Source: Flavobacteriales bacterium (GTDB lineage Bacteria; Bacteroidota; Bacteroidia; Flavobacteriales_D; Sanyastnellaceae). Taken from it: a stretch of DNA of 64,000 nt. Position 1 is the first letter of the stretch. Every line of letters begins with the position of its first letter. Location: positions 5,193 through 69,192 of the forward strand of contig JANOXJ010000221.1 of NCBI GenBank assembly GCA_031418455.1. The letters run 5' to 3'. Under the pieces are notes generated by a model that was given only the letters and a program-made list of their open reading frames with translations, was not told where the DNA came from and made no database searches. The position numbers and the translations under genes were made by a program. Shown here one piece after another: positions 57,650-64,000 of the stretch.

Positions 57650-60600
57650 ATGAAAAAAATATATACTTTATTCGCACTCTTATTTGTTTTTGTTGGAGTG
57701 CGCGCGCAAATAGCATGTCAGGGATTTCCCATACAGGTAATGTCAGCTGGTACATTTAACGTGTGCGATATTACCTTACAAGACTCAGGTGGTGGCGGCC
57801 CGTATTTGGATCAAAACATTACTATGACCTTGTGTCCCACCACACCGGGCGATGTAATTCAGTTGGCTTTTAGTGCATTTGCACTTACTAACCCTCCTGG
57901 CAACAATGGTGACGATGTAATTTCTGTTTTTGATGGGCCGGATACTTCCTCACCCTCACTTGGGGACTATGGCGGAAATAATTGGCAAGGGCTAGAAATT
58001 ACAGGAACAGTAAATAACCCTACTGGATGCCTTACACTTGTGTTTCAAGATTTGGGCGCGGCTAACACTGCTAGTCCTGGTTTTGAAGCTTGTGTTACCT
58101 GCACTACACCTTGCGACCCACCTACAGCGGCTTCAGCCATAGTAGACCCACAACCTGCTGACCCTGCTATACAAAGTGTAGGAGTTTGTGCGGGAGCGGA
58201 GGTTAGTTTTAGCGGGGCTGGCTCATTTCCAGCTTCAGGTTTCCAAATATCAAAGTACATATGGAATTTTGATGATGGAACAATAGACGAAACAAGCGGA
58301 ATAAATGCCTCACACGTGTTTGCCGAACCAGGCGAATACATAGTAACACTCACTGTAGAAGACAACAATAATGCGGATGGCACTGGTTGTCAGAATCTGA
58401 ATATCATTCCTTTGCAAGTTTTAGTCAGTACAATACCACATTACCCGGGATTGTTTTCTTCAGAAACGTGCTATCCAGAGCAGGTTGTTTTGGAAGCAGT
58501 AATAAATCCTGATACTGATGGCAATGGAATACCTGATGAAATAATAGACGTAGTGAGTCCTACGTGGACAGCCTTGCCACCACAAGTAGTAGCGGGTCAA
58601 ACTTATTTGGCAGATGGTGCTGGATTTAGTTATTCCACTTGTCTCACATTCGACTTTTTTGAAGATGGAGCAGTACTAGAAAACTGCTCAGATCTATTAA
58701 GTGTATTTGTAAATATGGAGCATAGCTACATGGGCGACCTTGGTCTGTTTATTACCTGTCCGGATGGCACACAAGTGTCATTAGTAGAGTGGGGAGTGAA
58801 TGGAGGTGGAGGAACATTTTTGGGCGAAGCTTTGGATGACAACGGAACTAATCCAGGAGTGGGTTATGATTACTACTGGGACCCAACAGCCACTAACGGC
58901 ACATGGGGAGAGAATGCAGGCTTTGGTACAGCCTCATTGCCTGCCGGCTCTTATGAATCTTATGGTAATTTGTGCGACCTTGTGGGTTGCCCCCTTAATG
59001 GTGCGTGGTGCTTTAGTGTAACAGATAATTTGGCTATTGACAACGGATACATTTTCGCATGGGGACTTAATCTAAATCCTGCATTGTATCCAGATGTTAC
59101 CACCTTCACACCCGTCATAGGTTTGGGCGCTGACAGCAGCTACTGGAGTGGCCCTGGCATTATAGATTTGAGTGATGATGCTGATACCGCATACGTGTTG
59201 CCTTCAGCATCTGGTATTTATGAGTACACATATACTGTATTAAATAATTTTGGATGTCAGTTTGACACCACCATTACCGTTACCTGGAATGATCCTATTG
59301 AGATAACTGCAGGTCCTGATCAACTTTTCTCTTGCGGTGCAGTGCAGTTGGAAGGTGGTTTCCAGGGACAACCTACTCCAAGTTGTGGTTCTGATGCAGG
59401 CGTGTTTAATTATTGTTATGACAATAACGAAAATTTTACATGGACCTTTTGCCCCGATGACCCTGGTGATGGAGCCACCTTTATGACCTTTACTTTCATC
59501 TCAGGTCAAATGGAAAATTTCTTTGAAGATTTTACAGTGTATGATGGAGACAATACAAACGCACCAGTAATAGCACTTTGGAGCACTGGCGATGCAACTG
59601 GCCAATCTTGGACAGCCACAAATCCTACTGGATGTTTAACCATTACCTTCTCCTCTGACGGATCGGTAGCATGCGGCACTGGAAATTACAACGAGTGGAC
59701 CTACGAAATTTCGTGCAGCAGCGGTGGCCCACAATACACTTGGGAGTGGACACCCGCAGAATATTTAGATGATGCAGCAATACCTGGCCCGAACGTTACG
59801 GTCTTGCCACAAACAACTACGTTTACTCTTACAGCTTATCCGGAAGGACATCCCGATTGCGCAGCAACTGACCAGGTGATGGTAAATATAGACCCACTTG
59901 GCGACCCTGGTTTGGATGCGCAAATAACCATTTGCAGCACCGATGCACCTTTTGATATGTTTGATGAATTGGGAGGAAGTCCAGTAACGACAGGTGTCTG
60001 GCTTGATCCTAATGGTACTCAATTGCCAGATGGAATATATGATCCTGCGTCTTTTATGCCGGGCGATTATACCTATAGCGTGGCATTTGGCAACTGCGAG
60101 GCGCATAGTATTTTGACTATTGAAATGGCCTTGCCTACCACTATAGAAATAAGTGATGACACTACCATTTGTCAATTTACTGAATTCAATTATCAATTGC
60201 TCGATTTACAAAATGGACAAGAACCATTCACTTATAATTGGACATATAATGGAACTACGATAAGCATATTGCCCGGTGGCGGAGTGCAGTTGCCAGATAG
60301 CAGCGGCACTGTCTGTTTAGATGTTACAGATGCGTGTGGATATGTGGTTACAGAATGTTTTGAAGTAGTAATGCTGCAAGCACCCATAGTAGAGTTTGAA
60401 GCTGATACAACTCAACTTTGTTGGCCAGAGCCTTTCCATGTTACTAGCTTGGTAGACCCTGCACTTTACACCAATTTAGATTGGACGGTGAGTGATGGAT
60501 TTACTGCACAAAATGAAACAAGTATTGACCTCAATTTTGCACAACCTGGTACTTATGATATAACGTTAATGGTGGTGAACGAACTTGGGTGCGAGTATCA

Positions 60601-61183
60601 AATAACCAAAGAAGATTATATCATTTCATTCAGTTTGCCTATTGCAGGATTTGACCCTGATCCACAACCTACCGATGCTACGAATACCGAAATATTTTTT
60701 CAGGATGAAACCATTGGAGAAATAATAAATTATGAATGGGAATTTGGTGACCCACTTTTAGGTACCAGCAATGTTCAAAATCCTACGTTTGATTTTCCCT
60801 TAGGTGTGGGAGGTATATATCCTGTAATGCTTACCGTAACTGATATAAATAATTGCACAGATTATGTGCAGGGCTATGTAGATATTAATGATATTTTTCA
60901 AGTGTTTGCTCCCAACACATTTACTCCTAACTATGATGGTATAAATGATGTCTTCTTCATCAAAGGTTCCGACATAGACAATAGCAGATTCTTGCTCCAG
61001 ATTTTTAATCGCTTTGGCGATAAGATTTATGAATCGAAAGACATAAACCAGCCATGGACAGGCGATGTGCATAATGGTGAATATTTTGCTGGCAATGGTG
61101 TATATAATTGGAGGGCTGTAGTTGTAAGCGAAAGCACTGGCGAAAAACTAGAGCTAGATGGTTACATTACCATCATCAGGTAA
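57650..61183 (+). CDS. Paralogous 2x CUB-like + PKD + P-domain protein with type B T9SS C-terminal domain
   Basis: Signal peptide MKKIYTLFALLFVFVGVRAQ. CUB-like 1 reads ITLQDSGGGGPYLDQNITMTLCP...ISVFDGPDTSSPSLGDY...GCLTLVFQDLG. The P-domain block is VFVNMEHSYMGDLGLFITCPDGTQVSL. CUB-like 2 reads FNYCYDNNENFTWTFCP...FTVYDGDNTNAPVIALW...GCLTITFSSDGS. The C-terminus reads APNTFTPNYDGINDVF...IFNRFGDKIYE...PWTG...GVYNWRA. Confidence 0.85.
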   Translation: MKKIYTLFALLFVFVGVRAQIACQGFPIQVMSAGTFNVCDITLQDSGGGGPYLDQNITMTLCPTTPGDVIQLAFSAFALTNPPGNNGDDVISVFDGPDTSSPSLGDYGGNNWQGLEITGTVNNPTGCLTLVFQDLGAANTASPGFEACVTCTTPCDPPTAASAIVDPQPADPAIQSVGVCAGAEVSFSGAGSFPASGFQISKYIWNFDDGTIDETSGINASHVFAEPGEYIVTLTVEDNNNADGTGCQNLNIIPLQVLVSTIPHYPGLFSSETCYPEQVVLEAVINPDTDGNGIPDEIIDVVSPTWTALPPQVVAGQTYLADGAGFSYSTCLTFDFFEDGAVLENCSDLLSVFVNMEHSYMGDLGLFITCPDGTQVSLVEWGVNGGGGTFLGEALDDNGTNPGVGYDYYWDPTATNGTWGENAGFGTASLPAGSYESYGNLCDLVGCPLNGAWCFSVTDNLAIDNGYIFAWGLNLNPALYPDVTTFTPVIGLGADSSYWSGPGIIDLSDDADTAYVLPSASGIYEYTYTVLNNFGCQFDTTITVTWNDPIEITAGPDQLFSCGAVQLEGGFQGQPTPSCGSDAGVFNYCYDNNENFTWTFCPDDPGDGATFMTFTFISGQMENFFEDFTVYDGDNTNAPVIALWSTGDATGQSWTATNPTGCLTITFSSDGSVACGTGNYNEWTYEISCSSGGPQYTWEWTPAEYLDDAAIPGPNVTVLPQTTTFTLTAYPEGHPDCAATDQVMVNIDPLGDPGLDAQITICSTDAPFDMFDELGGSPVTTGVWLDPNGTQLPDGIYDPASFMPGDYTYSVAFGNCEAHSILTIEMALPTTIEISDDTTICQFTEFNYQLLDLQNGQEPFTYNWTYNGTTISILPGGGVQLPDSSGTVCLDVTDACGYVVTECFEVVMLQAPIVEFEADTTQLCWPEPFHVTSLVDPALYTNLDWTVSDGFTAQNETSIDLNFAQPGTYDITLMVVNELGCEYQITKEDYIISFSLPIAGFDPDPQPTDATNTEIFFQDETIGEIINYEWEFGDPLLGTSNVQNPTFDFPLGVGGIYPVMLTVTDINNCTDYVQGYVDINDIFQVFAPNTFTPNYDGINDVFFIKGSDIDNSRFLLQIFNRFGDKIYESKDINQPWTGDVHNGEYFAGNGVYNWRAVVVSESTGEKLELDGYITIIR

Positions 61184-61223
61184 TATCGTAGTAAAAGCAA
61201 TTTCATCACAAATTATTTATACG

Positions 61224-61251
61224 AAAAAAGGAGCGAGAGCTCCTTTTTTTT
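61224..61251 (+). terminator. Rho-independent terminator after the third giant cargo gene
   Basis: An A6 run, then GGAGC-GAGA-GCTCC (61230-61243), then T8. Confidence 0.8.
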
Positions 61252-62047
61252 GTTATGTTTTTTTCTGTAAAAAACTATTCTATAATCCATAATAAAACCT
61301 TCAATCCCCAGTATTTCTAAAATTTATTTTGCATGAAAAATAAAATATTGCAGCATGTGAGTAATATTAATAGTTAAAAAATTGGAGTCTTTTTCTTTCG
61401 AAAAAAATAAGGAGTTGTGAAATTCTAATTATACATTAAAGTTTAAGAGTAATTTCCGTCACTAGAAAATGACCTATGAACACGTCATTTTTGCCGTCTT
61501 AAATGTTAAAAGTTGCGATTAACAATAATTCGCTATTGTTTTATTAAACTCTTGATTTACTTTTGTCTTACTCAAACGGATTCGCGATTTGTTACTAGCA
61601 AATCGTTTTATACTTTAACCAAAACCGATATGAATAATATCAAATTTTCGTGCTATACAATAAAAAATTATTGGGCTAGGCTAAATGCAGTATTTAATAG
61701 TGCCAATTTTTATTGTATTTATAAATTTTATGTTTCCATCTGTGCTATAGAGAAATTGCAGCTAGCCGCTGTATTTAACTGGCAACTGATCGCCTAATCC
61801 AGTTATTAATTATTCTAAACCTAACCCAACAAAAAAAATGATTATACAGCTGAAGTTTATTCTGGATTTTGTATTCAAAGAATCTACTAATTCAAAAATT
61901 ATTTTATAAAGCTGCTGAATTTGAATTGACCATGAATGATGTCAATAAAATTTCAGTGAGTTCGCGAATAACAATTTTTGGTACTTCAGAAATCTATGAA
62001 CTATAAATTATCAACTCAATAAATTCTAATTGTAAATCCCTATTTCT

Positions 62048-64000
62048 ATGACTAATTTTCTACAATCAAATCGCAGAGGCTTGGAGCTTCTGTCAGATTT
62101 ATCACTGGCATTTCGTAAAGGCATATTTTTAATGCTATTAATTATTTCTAGTGATCATCTTCAAGCCCAGAGAATTGAAAATGTCAGAGCGGATAAATCG
62201 TCAGCGTCTGAATCAAATGCTTTGACAACTGCTTTGGATGCAAAAGTGCGCGAAACCTTAAAAAAGAATGGAGAAACTCTCAGGTTTTTAGAGAATAAAG
62301 GGCAGATTGCCAACAGCAATGTGCTCTATTACTTCGAAGGATTGCATGGTTCTACTTATATTGAAAAGAATAGAATACGCTTTGTGGCAAAAGAAATCGC
62401 TTATGTAGAAAAGTCAGTTTCTGCTGACCCATTGGCAGTGAAAGGCGCATTAATTGAGAAGGAGCCTAAGGTGGTTTCAACGCATACCTTTACAATGTAT
62501 TTTAATGGAGCAAATGAAAATTCTTTTATTCAATTAGGAAATTCATTTAGTACAAAATACAATTATTTTTTTGGTTCTACTGAAAATGATTGGGTAACTA
62601 GCGTAGAAGCGGCTAAAGACTTAATAATAAAAAATGTTTATCAAGGAATTGATTTAAGGTTGTACAGTAATGATGATGGTTCGTTTGAATTTGATTGGAT
62701 TTTAAGTCCAGGTGCTGATTTTCGTAAGGTAGACTTAAGATTTGAAGGACAAGAAAATTTATTAATTTCTGATGACGGAAGTTTAAACGTTGGCTTAAAA
62801 TTCAGCAATGTGAATTTTAAAATACCAGAGTCATTTCAAGTGACAGAAAATGGTAAAGTAAAAGTGGACTTTAACTTTTTTAAATCAAGTGAAAAGGGAA
62901 TCTCATTTATAACTAATTCAATTATAGATGCCAAATACCCATTAGTTATAGATCCTACACTTACTTGGGGAACTTTTTTTGATGGAAATGAAAACGAATT
63001 TGACCAATATCTTTTTGCAATACAAGTAGATCCTACGGACGGAGTAGTTTATTGCGCAGGTGGCACTAATAAACAAATATCTACAGGTGCTGCGCCATAT
63101 GATGCAAACGGGTATTTAAACAACATTACTGGATTTGGAAATGATGCAACACCGCGCGTGGCTATTGTTTATAGAATTAATTCTTCTGGTTCGGACTTGT
63201 TGGATTTAACCTTATATGGTCCTAATACTGTTTCTAATAATGGTAGCAATGCTGATGATAATGCAATCGCATATGCTTTAAGCCTTTCGAATAATAGAGT
63301 ATTTATTGGTGGTAAAACAAACGTAAATATTCCAACTACAGGTACGCCTTTTGATAATTCCAGAGGCGGTACTTATGATGGTTTTGTGGCTGTGTTTTCC
63401 AAAGATTTGGGAACTCTCCACTATGCCACTTATTTAGGCAGCGATAACTCAGATGATCCTGGTGTCACTAGTATTCGTGCAATTGATGACAACTCATTTG
63501 TTGTGGGTCTTACTGCGGAGGGTGCTCTTCCATCAGCTTATGTCACAAGTGGAGTAGTGGATAATTCGTTTAGTGGGGCAAGTGATTTTTACATTGCAAA
63601 ATTCAGTGCTTTGAACACCATTGCTTGGGGCACATACATAGGAGGAAGTAGTGACGAAGTATTGAATGATATTGAATTATTTGCCGATGGACGAGTTGCA
63701 TTTGCCGGTTACGGAAATGGACAATTAACTGAAGTTAATAGTGCTGCTGGCAGGTCAACAAATACCAATAATAATGACGGAATCATCGGTGTCTTAAATA
63801 GCACAGGTACTGTTTTAAATTATTTGGACGAAATAGGTGGAGCCAATGAAGACTTAATAAATGACGCACAAATTGTAGGCAACTCTATATATTGGACTGG
63901 TTCGGCTGAAAGCGGGTTTCCTACCTCTACAGGTGTATATGATACATCACACAATGGTGTAACTGACGTTGTTGTGGGAACGGTATCCGACATTGGTGGT
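62048..64000 (+). CDS. Large surface protein, N-terminal 651 codons only (DUF7948-like N-domain + SBBP beta-propeller repeats); absent from the ORF track because it runs off the window
   Basis: By my manual translation, the frame is open from ATG 62048 to the window end with no stop. The product begins MTNFLQSNRRGLELLSDLSLAFRKGIFLMLLIISSDHLQAQ and includes RFLENKGQIANSNVLYYFEG. SBBP-like repeats follow (HYATYLGSDNSDDPGVTSIRAIDDNSFVVGLT, AWGTYIGGSSDEVLNDIELFADGRVAFAGYG). Confidence 0.75.
   Translation, partial: MTNFLQSNRRGLELLSDLSLAFRKGIFLMLLIISSDHLQAQRIENVRADKSSASESNALTTALDAKVRETLKKNGETLRFLENKGQIANSNVLYYFEGLHGSTYIEKNRIRFVAKEIAYVEKSVSADPLAVKGALIEKEPKVVSTHTFTMYFNGANENSFIQLGNSFSTKYNYFFGSTENDWVTSVEAAKDLIIKNVYQGIDLRLYSNDDGSFEFDWILSPGADFRKVDLRFEGQENLLISDDGSLNVGLKFSNVNFKIPESFQVTENGKVKVDFNFFKSSEKGISFITNSIIDAKYPLVIDPTLTWGTFFDGNENEFDQYLFAIQVDPTDGVVYCAGGTNKQISTGAAPYDANGYLNNITGFGNDATPRVAIVYRINSSGSDLLDLTLYGPNTVSNNGSNADDNAIAYALSLSNNRVFIGGKTNVNIPTTGTPFDNSRGGTYDGFVAVFSKDLGTLHYATYLGSDNSDDPGVTSIRAIDDNSFVVGLTAEGALPSAYVTSGVVDNSFSGASDFYIAKFSALNTIAWGTYIGGSSDEVLNDIELFADGRVAFAGYGNGQLTEVNSAAGRSTNTNNNDGIIGVLNSTGTVLNYLDEIGGANEDLINDAQIVGNSIYWTGSAESGFPTSTGVYDTSHNGVTDVVVGTVSDIGG

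Noticed and set aside
61513-61797. A 94-aa plus-strand ORF in the AT-rich spacer.
   Set aside because: It has a non-ATG start. The composition (Ile/Phe/Tyr/Asn/Lys-rich) is what random AT-rich DNA would give, and it has no recognisable motif.

Overview
This 64-kb chromosomal window reads as a Bacteroidota genome. The gene content looks Flavobacteriia-like: T9SS sorting domains, a TTTG-N19-TAnnTTTG promoter and no Shine-Dalgarno dependence. I call 41 protein-coding genes (two cut by the window edges), 11 hairpin terminators, one consensus promoter and several palindromic candidate operators. I saw no rRNA, tRNA, CRISPR array, transposase or integrase. Housekeeping genes are rplU-rpmA, rimO, eno, carA, mnmA, menF plus a hotdog thioesterase, a GNAT, an SDR, a 2OG oxygenase, an S41 peptidase and an OmpA/TolB-like protein. 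They are interleaved with a dense set of type IX secretion (T9SS) cargo: 7 proteins with type A C-terminal sorting domains and 4 with type B (gliding-motility-associated) C-terminal domains. The most noteworthy loci are these. (1) 17.2-23.6 kb: a TonB-dependent receptor is tightly coupled to a membrane TPR/coiled-coil PP2C phosphatase, followed by two tandem SiaB-like kinase / SiaC-like (DUF1987) phosphoprotein pairs, with no recognisable output gene. (2) 48.7-61.2 kb: an ECF sigma factor is followed by a membrane-anchored PKD protein carrying a degenerate type B sorting domain, then three giant type B cargo genes, two of which combine CUB-like modules with an orphan proprotein-convertase P-domain. 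Long palindromes lie upstream of the first cargo gene. (3) 36.5-41.5 kb: menF and a thioesterase are followed by a pentaheme c-type cytochrome with a T9SS-like C-terminus, then a GT-C glycosyltransferase preceded by a G12 homopolymer that could act as a phase-variation switch. (4) 6.7-14.0 kb: a divergent pair of lamin-tail-domain proteins, one with ten CBM-like repeats that include three near-identical 351-bp tandem copies, the other a CotH kinase. (5) 44.1-47.2 kb: a 1000-aa cargo protein built from nine copies of a 21-aa two-cysteine motif and GDGW-containing modules. All functional calls come from motif recognition by eye. No database search or computation was run.
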